The translations under genes were made by a program, and so were the position numbers. A DNA stretch of 64,000 nt, from positions 31,403 to 95,402 of the forward strand of contig JAZNDW010000012.1 in NCBI GenBank assembly GCA_045588245.1, read 5' to 3'. The stretch comes from Eubacteriales bacterium (lineage in GTDB: Bacteria; Bacillota; Clostridia; Oscillospirales; CAG-272). Shown here piece after piece: positions 46,937-55,456 of the stretch; the first letter of the stretch is position 1; each line of letters starts with the position of its first letter. The notes below the pieces were generated by a model. It ran no database searches. It was given only the letters and a program-made list of their open reading frames with translations, and had not been told where the DNA came from.

Positions 46937-47004
46937 ACGCAAAAGGACATCGAAAGATGTCCTTTTTTGCGTTATAGAGAAAATGAGCGGCAACGAGCTT
47001 CGGG
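46937..47004 (+). repeat. 68-bp direct repeat, left copy (contains the tRNA-operon terminator)
   Basis: Identical to 48484..48551 except for two C/T differences, aligned by eye base by base. Confidence 0.95.
46941..46968 (+). terminator. rho-independent terminator of the tRNA operon
   Basis: AAAAGGACATC-GAAA-GATGTCCTTTT with a T6 run. Confidence 0.85.
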
Positions 47005-47116
47005 TTCCCGAAGGACGAAGCGGTGAAGCGCCGCCGGTGGCGGAGAAAGCGAGCAAAAAGCGGGGGCAGCGGTCTATTTAGGGCATATTTGACGTTGTTT
47101 TTTGCGGAAGGTAAAC

Positions 47117-47145
47117 TTGACAAGTTGTATGCAATAATATATAAT
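47117..47145 (+). promoter_or_regulatory. consensus sigma-A promoter upstream of rtcB
   Basis: Perfect TTGACA-17 nt-TATAAT. Confidence 0.75.
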
Positions 47146-47240
47146 CGAGATAATTGGTAAAAAGGAGTTGATCGTTATGTCTGCAAAGGTATATACCGCA
47201 AACAAATTACAAACAAAACTTAATACTGATAGGAGATATA

Positions 47241-48413
47241 ATGATCAAAATACAAGGAAAAAGAAATTCGGCAATGGTTTTTGCCGACAAACTTGACAAG
47301 CCTACCAAAACACAGATAGCCTCGCTGTTGCGAGAAGAAGCTTATTCCGATAGCAAGATACGTATAATGCCCGATACTCATTCAGGAAAACACGTTGCTG
47401 TCGGAACAACGATGACCGTATCAAAGCGAATTGCACCTACTCTTGTGGGTGTTGATATCGGGTGCGGTATGGAGGTTGTGTTTTTAGCTGAGCGTGAGCT
47501 TGATTTGGAAAGACTTGATGCTATCATACATCATCAGGTTCCCGCCGGCGCAAAGGTACACAATGTCCCTCTTGCATCCTTTGACCTCAATCATCTGCTT
47601 TGCAAGGACAACGTGGATCAGGAAAGAGCGCTCCGCAGTCTTGGAACTCTTGGTGGCGGCAATCACTTTATCGAGGTGGACAGGACGGAAAACGGCAAAC
47701 TTGTGCTTGTTATCCATTCGGGCTCAAGACAGTTGGGGAGTGACGTTGCTTCCTACTATCAAGATCAAGCATACCGTTATCAATGCAAAAAGCAGCGCAA
47801 ACGAGCAAGGCAAAGCTATTACGATTCAAAGGATGCAGACACGTACTGCTTTTCTAAATCCGAAAAGGGCGCCCTTACGGTGAAACGGGAAGAAGCTATT
47901 CTTGAAGGTACCCTTTATGACGCTTACCTCCACGACTTGGCTGTTGTAACCGACTTTGCTGATTTGAACAGAAGAACTATCGCTGACCTAATATGTAAGA
48001 ATATGGGGCTTACCGTAACGGATAGGTTTTCGTGCGTTCACAATTACATTGATACAGAGTATATGATACTCCGCAAGGGTGCCATCTCTGCCCGTTTGGG
48101 TGAAAGAGTGATAATACCGCTTAATATGAGAGATGGGGCGGTGCTTGGTGTGGGGAAAGGAAATCCCGAGTGGAATTTTTCCGCTCCTCACGGCGCAGGA
48201 CGTGCATGCAGCAGAACAGAAGCGAAGTACGCTTTTACCGTCGAAGATTATCAACGCCAAATGGAGGGAATATTCACGACAACGGCAAACACGGGCTCTA
48301 TTGACGAGTGCCCGATGGCATACAAATCACCCCGACGGATACTTGATTTTATAGAAGAAACAGTCTCGGATATTGAGATTATAAGACCAATATACAATTT
48401 CAAATCTTGTTGA
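47241..48413 (+). CDS. rtcB: RtcB-family RNA 3'-phosphate/5'-OH ligase (short ~390-aa Firmicute type)
   Basis: IRIMPDTHSGK, VGVDIGCGM, GGGNHFIEV, IHSGSRQLG, VHNYID and SAPHGAGR are all present, so the metal ligands and the guanylyl-His motif are intact. SD AGGAGA lies 6 nt upstream. Confidence 0.9.
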   Translation: MIKIQGKRNSAMVFADKLDKPTKTQIASLLREEAYSDSKIRIMPDTHSGKHVAVGTTMTVSKRIAPTLVGVDIGCGMEVVFLAERELDLERLDAIIHHQVPAGAKVHNVPLASFDLNHLLCKDNVDQERALRSLGTLGGGNHFIEVDRTENGKLVLVIHSGSRQLGSDVASYYQDQAYRYQCKKQRKRARQSYYDSKDADTYCFSKSEKGALTVKREEAILEGTLYDAYLHDLAVVTDFADLNRRTIADLICKNMGLTVTDRFSCVHNYIDTEYMILRKGAISARLGERVIIPLNMRDGAVLGVGKGNPEWNFSAPHGAGRACSRTEAKYAFTVEDYQRQMEGIFTTTANTGSIDECPMAYKSPRRILDFIEETVSDIEIIRPIYNFKSC

Positions 48414-48415
48414 TT

Positions 48416-48457
48416 CTTTGCAAAAGGTCATCGGTTCTCCGATGACCTTTTGCAAAG
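48416..48457 (+). terminator. 19-bp perfect hairpin after rtcB (probable terminator or stabiliser; T-run only 7 nt further downstream)
   Basis: CTTTGCAAAAGGTCATCGG-ttct-CCGATGACCTTTTGCAAAG. Confidence 0.6.
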
Positions 48458-48483
48458 ATGCATCTTTTTTGGCACCTCTACTA

Positions 48484-48551
48484 ACGCAAAAGGACATCGA
48501 AAGATGTCTTTTTTTGCGTTATAGAGAAAATGAGCGGCAACGAGTTTCGGG
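48484..48551 (+). repeat. 68-bp direct repeat, right copy (second copy of the terminator hairpin at 48488..48515)
   Basis: See the left copy. The differences are CC->CT in the hairpin 3' arm and GCTT->GTTT near the end. Confidence 0.95.
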
Positions 48552-48569
48552 GGAGATCTTGTTAACCCA

Positions 48570-48598
48570 TTGATTTTAACTCTGAATGACGATATAAT
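48570..48598 (+). promoter_or_regulatory. sigma-A promoter of the D-lactate dehydrogenase gene
   Basis: TTGATT-17 nt-TATAAT. Confidence 0.65.
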
Positions 48599-48704
48599 AT
48601 AAATGGAAATGCAAAACTATACTCTAATCCTCAGTCTTGCATAAAAAACGTAATAATCACAAAGATTATAATAATACCAATGTAAAAAAGTATGAGGTAA
48701 TTAA

Positions 48705-49739
48705 ATGAAAATAGCATTTTTTGACACAAAAACCTATGATATTCCGTCTTTTGAAAAGTTCGCGAGTATGCATGGAGTCACGATCAAATATTATGAAACG
48801 AAGCTCAATGAGGATACAGCGAAGCTTGCAAACGGAGCTGATGCGGTTTGTGTTTTCGTGAACGATACCGTAAATGCGGCTGTGATCGACCGCTTATATG
48901 ATATGGGCGTCAAGGTGCTGGCGCTTCGCTGTGCGGGCTTCAATAACGTTGACATGAAGCATGCGTACGGCAAGCTTCATGTGCTGCGCGTACCTGCGTA
49001 CTCGCCCTATGCTGTCGCAGAACACGCGATTGCACTTTTGCTTACATCCATCCGCAGAATACACAAGGCTTACATCCGTTCAAGAGACTTTAATTTCAGT
49101 TTGTCGGGACTTGCGGGTTTTGACCTCTACGGAAAGACCGTGGGTGTCGTCGGCACGGGTAAGATTGGCAAAGTTTTCATAAATATCTGCCACGGATTTG
49201 GAATGAAAGTACTTGCGTACGATAAATTCCCCTCAAAAGAACTTGATAACGGCGATACTGTCAGATACGTTACGCTTGACGAACTGTTGAAAAACAGCGA
49301 CATTATATCGTTGCATTGTCCGCTGACGGAAGAAACGTATCATATGATAAATGAAGACGCCTTGGAGAAATGCAAAAAAGGTGTCGTTCTCATAAATACG
49401 TCAAGAGGCGCGCTCGTTGATGCGGAAGCACTGTTGGGGGCGATCAAATCAAGAAAAGTCGGTGCCGCCTGCCTTGACGTGTACGAGGAAGAATCGGAAC
49501 TGTTTTTTGAAGATAATTCGGGACATATCATGGAGGATGATACGCTTGCGCGCCTTATTTCCATGCCGAACGTTATCGTAACGTCGCATCAGGCGTTTTT
49601 GACGGATGACGCACTTCTGAATATCGCTGAAACGACAATAAACAATATCGTCGGTTTCTTCGCTACGAATCAGTGCCCGAACGAGCTTTGCTACAACGGC
49701 GGAGAAGCCGTTGACTGCAAGGACGGCAAATGTTTCTGA
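48705..49739 (+). CDS. ldhA: D-lactate dehydrogenase / D-isomer-specific 2-hydroxyacid dehydrogenase
   Basis: MKIAFFDTKTYD... start, NAD fold GVVGTGKIGKVF, and catalytic R/E/H blocks (NTSRGALVD, TSHQAFLT). Confidence 0.8.
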   Translation: MKIAFFDTKTYDIPSFEKFASMHGVTIKYYETKLNEDTAKLANGADAVCVFVNDTVNAAVIDRLYDMGVKVLALRCAGFNNVDMKHAYGKLHVLRVPAYSPYAVAEHAIALLLTSIRRIHKAYIRSRDFNFSLSGLAGFDLYGKTVGVVGTGKIGKVFINICHGFGMKVLAYDKFPSKELDNGDTVRYVTLDELLKNSDIISLHCPLTEETYHMINEDALEKCKKGVVLINTSRGALVDAEALLGAIKSRKVGAACLDVYEEESELFFEDNSGHIMEDDTLARLISMPNVIVTSHQAFLTDDALLNIAETTINNIVGFFATNQCPNELCYNGGEAVDCKDGKCF

Positions 49740-49824
49740 CGGCTGCAGATTGTTGTTGTAATATTCGGATTTGTATGATAAAATATCCGAGATAGAATCG
49801 ATTATAACATAGGAGAGAAAAATC

Positions 49825-50463
49825 ATGACAGCTGATAACGGAAAAATCATTGACGGTGCTATTGACGCGAAGGCTTTATTCAATATTGGATATGGGCTGT
49901 ATGTTGTAACATCGAATGACGGTCTGAAGGATAACGGATTCATCGTCAACACGGTCACACAAGTGACGAGCACGCCGAACAGAGTTGCCGTGACGATAAA
50001 CAAAGATAATTATTCTTTTGAGATCATCAAAAAAACGGGTATCATGAACGTAAACTGTCTTACGGTTGAAGCGCCGTTTTCGGTTTTTGAAGCGTTCGGC
50101 TTTGTCAGCGGCAGAAACGTTGATAAATTTGCGAACTGCAAGCCCGACCGTTCCGCAAACGGACTTGTCGTTTTACCGAAGTATATCAATTCGTTTATGT
50201 CGCTGTCAGTCGAAGGCTACGTTGATCTTGATACGCACGGTATGTTTATCTGCAGCGTAACGGAGGCGAAGGTAATCTCCGACAAGGAAACGATGACGTA
50301 TTCCTATTATCACAAAAATGTCAAACCGAAACCGCAACCCGAAAAAAAACAAGGATACGTTTGTAAGATCTGCGGATACGTTCACGAGGGAGAAGAGCTT
50401 CCCGCAGACTTTATATGCCCGATCTGTAAGCACGGTGCTGTTGATTTTGAACCGATAGAATAA
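49825..50463 (+). CDS. flavin-reductase-like domain fused to rubredoxin (high-molecular-weight rubredoxin type)
   Basis: N-terminal FMN-binding split-barrel pattern (LFNIGYGLYVVTS...NGFIVNTVTQVTSTP). C-terminal rubredoxin YVCKICGYVHEGEELPADFICPICKHG. Confidence 0.8.
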   Translation: MTADNGKIIDGAIDAKALFNIGYGLYVVTSNDGLKDNGFIVNTVTQVTSTPNRVAVTINKDNYSFEIIKKTGIMNVNCLTVEAPFSVFEAFGFVSGRNVDKFANCKPDRSANGLVVLPKYINSFMSLSVEGYVDLDTHGMFICSVTEAKVISDKETMTYSYYHKNVKPKPQPEKKQGYVCKICGYVHEGEELPADFICPICKHGAVDFEPIE

Positions 50464-50470
50464 TCTGTAA

Positions 50471-50507
50471 CAGCCCGAATACACACTGTGTATTCGGGCT
50501 GTTTTTG
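50471..50507 (+). terminator. rho-independent terminator
   Basis: 14-bp stem CAGCCCGAATACAC / GTGTATTCGGGCTG followed by TTTTT. Confidence 0.88.
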
Positions 50508-50538
50508 CGGTTGAGTATTTGCGGTGGGGCGGAAACTC

Positions 50539-50567
50539 TTGCAATCGGTGCGAAAATTTAGTATACT
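50539..50567 (+). promoter_or_regulatory. putative sigma-A promoter of the reductase/AcnX operon
   Basis: TTGCAA-17 nt-TATACT. Confidence 0.5.
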
Positions 50568-50629
50568 ATACGTTGGTGGATATCACGACATATATCAATA
50601 ATATTCTTATAAAAAGCGAGGAAACGGTC

Positions 50630-52687
50630 ATGAATTCAAAATATGATGCACTCTTTACGCCGTGGAAGATCGGTAACGTTGAGATCAAGAACCGCATCGT
50701 AATGTGCCCGATGGGCGGCACGTCGCTGTTCGGTTGGTTTGAGCTCGGAGGCTGCCATTTTGACAAAGAAGCGGCAAAGCTCTTTTTGGAAAGAGCGAAT
50801 AACAACGTCGGTCTCATCATTCCGGGAATCGCACCTCTGCGCGATACTTTCTGGGGTAAGTGGCTCTGGCAGAACCCGAAGATGTTTGAGGAGCTGAAGG
50901 TGTTTATGGATGAGATCCATAAAACGGGAGCGAAGCTGTTTGTTCAGCTGACAGCGGGTATGGGTCGTTCATGGGCGATCACCGAGCTTGTTGCACCCTT
51001 GCACAAGAATAAATTTACACGCGCTATCGTCAAACCCATCATTGATACGTCACACGAGCTTGCATCTCCGAGCCCGCAGCCGTCGCGTTGGGCTCACGAC
51101 ATCATTTGCCCCGAAATGACTGTAGAACAGATACACGAGATCATCGAAGCGTTTGCTAAAACAGCAAAGCTTTGCCGTGACGCAGGTGTTGACGGTGTTG
51201 AGGTCCATGCCGTACACGAGGGCTATCTGCTCGATCAGTTTGCAATTGAATTTTTCAATAAACGTACTGACGAATATGGCGGAAGCTTTGAAAACCGCTA
51301 TCGCTTTGCCGCAGAGGTCGTTAAAGCAATTAAGGAAGCTTGTGGCGAGGACTATCCTGTTTCGCTCCGTTACTCGGTAGAATCGAAAATGAAAGGCTTC
51401 TGCGAGGGAGCTATGCCGGGTGAAGAGTACGCGGAAGTCGGCAGAAGCATGAAAGAATCCGAAAAAGCGGCGAAGTATCTGCAGGATGCAGGCTACGATA
51501 TGCTCAACGCCGATAACGGAACTTACGATTCCTGGTATTGGGCGCATCCGCCTATGTATATGCCCGAAAACTGCAACCTTGATGACGTTGCACACATAAA
51601 GCAGTTCGTTGATATTCCCGTTGTTTGTGCGGGCAGAATGGATGCGGAAGTAGGTGCAAAAGCCGTAGAGGAGGGCAGAATAGACGCTGTCGGCGTTGCC
51701 CGTCAGTTCCTCGTTGACCCCGAATGGATCACGAAAATGATAGAGGACAGAATAGAGGATATCAAGCCTTGCATTTGCTGTCATTCTGGCTGCTTCAATT
51801 TCTCTTCGTCAAAGGGTCATGCAAATACGCAGGATCTGACCGATACGATGGGACTTGCGCGCTGCGCTCTCAATCCGCAAACGATGCAGTCGAAGAAATA
51901 CCGTATTGAGCCCGCGAAGAAAAAGAAAAAGATCGCCGTTATCGGCGGCGGTATCGGCGGCATGGAGGCAGCTATCATCTGTGCAAAACGCGGACACACC
52001 GTAACCCTTTACGAAAAGTCTGATAAGCTTGGCGGCGTATTTATCGCGGCGGCGGCTCCGTCCTTCAAGGAAAAGGACCGTGCACTTATCGCTTGGTACG
52101 AGCGCGAGATAAGACGCTATCCCGAGATCACCGTGAAGATGAATACTGCCGTTACCGACGTCAAAGCACTCGATGCCGACGAGGTTATTGTTGCTACGGG
52201 CGCCGTTGCAAAACAGCCCCCGATTCCCGGCGTGGAAAAAGCCGTTGAAGCGATCGATTATTTGCTCGGTAACAAGACAGTCGGCGATAACGTGGTCGTT
52301 ATCGGAGGCGGACTTACGGGTTGTGAGATCGCGTACGAGCTTTATCTGAAGGGCAAAAAGCCCACGATCGTTGAAATGCAGGACGACCTCATCACAACGA
52401 AGGGCGTATGCCTTGCAAACACGAGCTATCTGCGTGATTTCTTCAAGACGAATGAAGTTCCTGTCCATCTTCTGACGAGCGTATGCGAGATCAAGGACGA
52501 CGGCGTCGTCGTTAAACATAACGACGGCACGACAAAGACCGTTGCCGCAGATTCCGTAATCCTTTCCGTAGGATATAATCCCGCTCCGATAGCTGAGCGC
52601 GGCGTACATATAGTCGGAGATGCGTCGAAGGTCGGCAACCTCAGAACCGTTATCTGGGGCGTTTGGGACGTTTGTATGAAACTTTAA
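50630..52687 (+). CDS. 2-enoate reductase / 2,4-dienoyl-CoA-reductase-like flavoprotein (OYE TIM barrel + 4Fe-4S + FAD/NAD(P) domains)
   Basis: OYE N-terminus (LFTPWKIGNVEIKNRIVMCPMG, HAVHEGYLLDQF). Cys cluster CICCHSGC...C. Two Rossmann motifs, VIGGGIGGMEAA and VIGGGLTGCEIA. I chose the ATG at 50630, with SD GAGGAAA upstream; the track ORF starts at 50519. Confidence 0.85.
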   Translation: MNSKYDALFTPWKIGNVEIKNRIVMCPMGGTSLFGWFELGGCHFDKEAAKLFLERANNNVGLIIPGIAPLRDTFWGKWLWQNPKMFEELKVFMDEIHKTGAKLFVQLTAGMGRSWAITELVAPLHKNKFTRAIVKPIIDTSHELASPSPQPSRWAHDIICPEMTVEQIHEIIEAFAKTAKLCRDAGVDGVEVHAVHEGYLLDQFAIEFFNKRTDEYGGSFENRYRFAAEVVKAIKEACGEDYPVSLRYSVESKMKGFCEGAMPGEEYAEVGRSMKESEKAAKYLQDAGYDMLNADNGTYDSWYWAHPPMYMPENCNLDDVAHIKQFVDIPVVCAGRMDAEVGAKAVEEGRIDAVGVARQFLVDPEWITKMIEDRIEDIKPCICCHSGCFNFSSSKGHANTQDLTDTMGLARCALNPQTMQSKKYRIEPAKKKKKIAVIGGGIGGMEAAIICAKRGHTVTLYEKSDKLGGVFIAAAAPSFKEKDRALIAWYEREIRRYPEITVKMNTAVTDVKALDADEVIVATGAVAKQPPIPGVEKAVEAIDYLLGNKTVGDNVVVIGGGLTGCEIAYELYLKGKKPTIVEMQDDLITTKGVCLANTSYLRDFFKTNEVPVHLLTSVCEIKDDGVVVKHNDGTTKTVAADSVILSVGYNPAPIAERGVHIVGDASKVGNLRTVIWGVWDVCMKL

Positions 52688-52712
52688 TATTTCGAATAGG
52701 AGAGCACTGTAA

Positions 52713-53987
52713 ATGATACTGACAAAAGAGCAGCAGGCGATACTCAACGGAGAAAAGGGTGAAACGCTTGCGAAAGTTATGAAAACTCTCGTTATGTACG
52801 GTGATGCATTTGAAGCGGAAAAGCTTGTTCCGATCACGTCAAAATGTAATCACTTGGTAACGTCATTCGGACTTAAGGTAATGTCACCTGTTTACGATCT
52901 TATGCAGAAGATCCTTGATGCCGGTGTCGCGTCGGAGCAGAAGTTTTCCGTCGATCCTCGTCCGCTTGATAAAAATGTACCTGCCAACTTCCTGCAGAAT
53001 CTCGTATTCAATAAATTTATGTATACGAAGCAGGATTTTTACGAAAAGCAATTAAAAGAGCTCGGACTGTTGAACGATAATGCATTCAGCTGCACCTGCT
53101 ACATGGACGAAGTCGGAAATAAACCGAACCGCGGCGACGTGCTTTCATGGGCGGAATCGAGCGCTGTCGTTTATGCCAATTCCGTTCTCGGAGCGAGATG
53201 CAACCGCAACTCGGGTATTATCGACATTATGGGCTCAATAGTCGGCTATGTTCCGTATTTCGGACTTCTTACCGACGAGGGAAGACGCGCCACGTGGGTT
53301 GTGAAGGTTGAAACGACAAAAAAGCCCGAAGCACAGCTTCTCGGCTCTGCGATCGGTATGAAGGTCATGGAGGACGTGCCGTACGTCATCGGTCTTGATA
53401 AATGGATCGGTAACGAGCTTGACGATGCCGCTTGCGCTTATCTTAAGGATTTCGGTGCCGCAACTGCGTCAAACGGCGCTGTCGGACTTTATCATATCGC
53501 AGGACTTACTCCCGAAGCCGTTGATTTCGGCGAAGATATGATCGCCGAAGGCGCGAAGGAATACGTTATTGACGATGCGGAGCTTGAAAGAGTTAAGAAT
53601 AACTATCCCGTCATGTGGAAAAATCCCGAAGCAAAGCCGAAGCTTTGCTTTGTCGGCTGTCCGCATCTGTCGCTTCAGCAGCTCAAGGATTGGACTGTTA
53701 ATATCGAAGCTGAACTGAAGCAAAACGGAAACAAGAAGATAACCGTACCGACCGTATTCACAGCCGCACCGGCGGTCCTTGAAGCGTTTGGAAAGACCGA
53801 ATATGCCGAAAGACTGAAAGCAACGGGAGTTATTACGTCCTATATCTGTCCTTTGATGTATATGAACAATCCGCTTTGCAAAAAGATGCCCGTTATGACC
53901 TCGTCCAATAAACTTCGCACCTATACGAGCGCAAGATATTATTCCGACGATGAGATTCTTTCTATCATTACAGGAGGTAACAAATAA
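52713..53987 (+). CDS. aconitase X catalytic (large) subunit, DUF521 family
   Basis: MILTKEQQAILNGEKGETLAKVMKTLVMYGDAFEAEKLVPI is the typical DUF521/AcnX N-terminus. 424 aa. Confidence 0.75.
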   Translation: MILTKEQQAILNGEKGETLAKVMKTLVMYGDAFEAEKLVPITSKCNHLVTSFGLKVMSPVYDLMQKILDAGVASEQKFSVDPRPLDKNVPANFLQNLVFNKFMYTKQDFYEKQLKELGLLNDNAFSCTCYMDEVGNKPNRGDVLSWAESSAVVYANSVLGARCNRNSGIIDIMGSIVGYVPYFGLLTDEGRRATWVVKVETTKKPEAQLLGSAIGMKVMEDVPYVIGLDKWIGNELDDAACAYLKDFGAATASNGAVGLYHIAGLTPEAVDFGEDMIAEGAKEYVIDDAELERVKNNYPVMWKNPEAKPKLCFVGCPHLSLQQLKDWTVNIEAELKQNGNKKITVPTVFTAAPAVLEAFGKTEYAERLKATGVITSYICPLMYMNNPLCKKMPVMTSSNKLRTYTSARYYSDDEILSIITGGNK

Positions 53988-54430
53988 TGAAACAGTTCAA
54001 AGGTAGAGTTGTCACCCCCGGAAAAGTAACGGCTCCTGCCGTCGTTACAACAGAAGGCTTCAACACGTTGGCATCGCTTCAGATGGCGCTTCAGTTCGGT
54101 GATAAAGAAGTAAAATGCGGAGATCAGAATAACAAAGAGCTTCACGGAAAGCCTCTGTTAGGCAAGGCACTTTGCCTGCCGCAGACGATCGGCTCAACGA
54201 CGGGCGGACTCGTACTCTATTGCGCGTGCGCAATGGAAAAAAGCCCTGCATGCCTTCTTTTCGCAAATCACATCGACTCTCTTGCCGCTGCAGGAGCAGT
54301 TCTTGCGGACGTTTGGCTTGACGACAATAAAATGCCCGTTATCGACTGCCTTGGCGAAGAATTCCTCGCTTACGTAAAGGACGGAATGACAGTTACAGTA
54401 GACGAAGACGGAACTGTCACTGTTGAATGA
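53987..54430 (+). CDS. aconitase X swivel (small) subunit, DUF126 family
   Basis: GRVVTPGKVTAPAVV...LHGKPLLGKALCLPQTIGSTTGGLVL...PACLLF pattern. The start overlaps the large-subunit stop (TAATG). SD GGAGG upstream. Confidence 0.75.
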   Translation: MKQFKGRVVTPGKVTAPAVVTTEGFNTLASLQMALQFGDKEVKCGDQNNKELHGKPLLGKALCLPQTIGSTTGGLVLYCACAMEKSPACLLFANHIDSLAAAGAVLADVWLDDNKMPVIDCLGEEFLAYVKDGMTVTVDEDGTVTVE

Positions 54431-54470
54431 TTCGGTATTCAGCTTGAATAAACAATAACGAATATTTGTA

Positions 54471-54509
54471 ACGAAGGGCGTTTCCAAAGGAAACGCCCTT
54501 CGTTTTATA
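54471..54509 (+). terminator. rho-independent terminator
   Basis: 15-bp stem ACGAAGGGCGTTTCC-aaa-GGAAACGCCCTTCGT followed by TTTTAT. Confidence 0.88.
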
Positions 54510-54741
54510 ATCAGCTCTTATTTTGATATTAAAGACTTATTGTGCTAAAAATAGCGAAATATAATCTTAAAAGCAAAGCACTCGTGTAGTATAGTGCTAT
54601 TATAGTGCCGTATTTTTGTAGCATTCGGCAGTTTCTATATATTAAAATATAAATGTAAACAAGGATTCGAAGAAATTGCTTCTTCGGACCAAAATATCCG
54701 TGTAATCGGAAAAATTAATTCTATTAAGGAGAATTGGTACA

Positions 54742-55446
54742 ATGAAAAAACTGGTAACACTTATGCTTGTGTTCGTCATGATCCTTTCGATGATGATATC
54801 CTGCGGAGATACAAAGGATCCGAGCGAAACTGACGGTATCGGTACAGGAACGTCTGACGATTCTGCCGATAACACAACGGATGAAAAAGACGACGCGACC
54901 GAAACCGAAAAGGAAACAGAAGAAGAGACAGAAACAGAGCTTGTTCTTCCTGTTCAGACAGACGTTCCCTGCAACTTTGACGATGTGCTCGATCTTTCCG
55001 ATGATATTCTTGTAACAGAATATATGCTCGAGGATGGAAAGGGAGTATGGATCCTCGGAGACGATACCACCGCTATGTCCAACATTATCACAGAAGATCT
55101 TCTCAACGAATATGAATACTTCGCAATCAAGTATGAAACAGACTACTGCGACGAGTGTTCCACGATCGCTCTGATGTTCAAATTAACTCATGAAGACGGA
55201 ACAAAAACCGAATTCCTTTGCAACGAATGGTTTGCTTGGGGACCTGCAGGCATGACATATCAGGCATCGAGCTTTGCTGTGATGAACGTTTACGCTGACA
55301 GCGTATTCTATGTTCCGACAGAACAGTTCCTCACAAACGAGAATTTCTTGGCAGGTGACATTATCGACCAGATCGGTCTTTGCGCTGTTGAAGAGTCGGG
55401 AACTTACGTTTACCTCACCATTACGGGCGCATACCTCACAAAATAA
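54742..55446 (+). CDS. lipoprotein of unknown function with an acidic Thr/Glu/Asp linker
   Basis: Lipobox LSMMISCGD. Low-complexity TDEKDDATETEKETEEETETE. SD AAGGAGA upstream. Confidence 0.6.
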   Translation: MKKLVTLMLVFVMILSMMISCGDTKDPSETDGIGTGTSDDSADNTTDEKDDATETEKETEEETETELVLPVQTDVPCNFDDVLDLSDDILVTEYMLEDGKGVWILGDDTTAMSNIITEDLLNEYEYFAIKYETDYCDECSTIALMFKLTHEDGTKTEFLCNEWFAWGPAGMTYQASSFAVMNVYADSVFYVPTEQFLTNENFLAGDIIDQIGLCAVEESGTYVYLTITGAYLTK

Positions 55447-55456
55447 GTCTATCCTT

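Noticed and set aside
46935-47123. 62-aa minus-strand ORF and a 32-codon plus-strand ORF (46983..47081, MSGNELRVPEGRSGEAPPVAEKASKKRGQRSI) in the GC-rich spacer
   Set aside because: Both are low-complexity with a poor SD. The plus-strand ORF begins inside the direct repeat, and its second copy is truncated to 11 codons. They are more likely non-coding. The region is discussed as a possible RNA or recombination remnant.
48558-48575. Rex (redox repressor) operator at the ldhA promoter
   Set aside because: Only one half-site (TTGTTAA) matches. The second half (TTGATTT) matches 3 of 7 positions of TTAACAA.
51809-52837. 342-aa minus-strand ORF (also 51050..51784, 244 aa)
   Set aside because: They are antisense to the enoate-reductase gene, which has unmistakable OYE, Fe-S and Rossmann motifs. 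The shadow ORFs have no motifs and no SD.
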